Assembly (NCBI GenBank): GCA_040954595.2
Contig: CM082595.2
Location: forward strand, 10,343,918 to 10,407,917
DNA length: 64,000 bases
Direction: 5' to 3'
DNA from: Balanoglossus misakiensis
Taxonomy: Eukaryota; Animalia; Hemichordata
Made by a program: the position numbers and the translations under genes. Shown here piece after piece: positions 63,714 to 64,000 of the stretch (the first letter of the stretch is position 1; each line of letters begins with the position of its first letter). The notes beneath the pieces were generated by a model. It saw nothing but the letters and a program-made list of their open reading frames with translations. It was not told the origin of the DNA and did not search any database.

Positions 63714-64000
63714 TCTGAATTTATTTTGATGTTTAACAGGTGTGATTATCTGTATTTGCGGCCATTTTGAAAAAAAATTGGTTGCCATGGAAACTCTTCA
63801 ACAGATATTTAGTGACTCGCTATCTGAATTTGTTCAGTACACATTAACACACATCTGAGCCAAGTTTGGTGCTTTTATCACAAAATACACAATCGATATG
63901 AAAATTTGGGTTTTGGTGCTCCACTACCTAAGTAACATTAAGGATGTACGTTCAATAAAATGGAAAGTATTGTCATTTTTTTTAATTGTGGATTTTTTTA

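Larger units (their letters stand above)
50574..64000 (+). repeat. Tandem unit copy 4 (runs off window end; private 1094-bp deletion)
   Basis: Colinear with the other copies; ORF offset 50573, then 49479 after the deletion. Confidence 0.97.

Noticed and set aside
1-64000. Whole unit as a single giant transposon (Maverick/Helitron/Teratorn) in tandem
   Set aside because: No DNA polymerase B, integrase, capsid, Rep/helicase or transposase ORF, and no unit-bounding TIRs were found.

Overview
Eukaryotic (metazoan, probably marine invertebrate; this is inference) AT-rich DNA with GT-AG introns. The whole window is a head-to-tail array of about 4 nearly identical 15.6-18.2 kb units, with window-phase starts at 1, 15573, 33769 and 50574. 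Each unit carries four things. (i) A + strand run of 12 symmetrical phase-1 exons, each encoding one EGF-like module with an unusual 8-cysteine pattern. (ii) Five + strand exons of a Cys-rich 'CxxCPAG' (ephrin-receptor-like/GCC2-GCC3-type) repeat gene. (iii) A minus-strand cluster of truncated retroelements: a Ty3/Gypsy 5' LTR-PBS-gag-protease fragment and an L2/CR1-group LINE. (iv) Several non-autonomous DNA transposons: P-like, Kolobok-like, an 8-bp-TSD element, Helentron-associated HINEs and an Academ-like end. Both host-gene fragments carry stops and frameshifts shared across the copies, so they were already pseudogenes before amplification. Copies differ by private structural events (1409-bp deletion, 1275-bp HINE insertion, 151-bp and 1094-bp deletions) and by mosaic SNP sharing. 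No intact protein-coding gene, RNA gene or CRISPR array is supported. All alignments and translations were done by eye.
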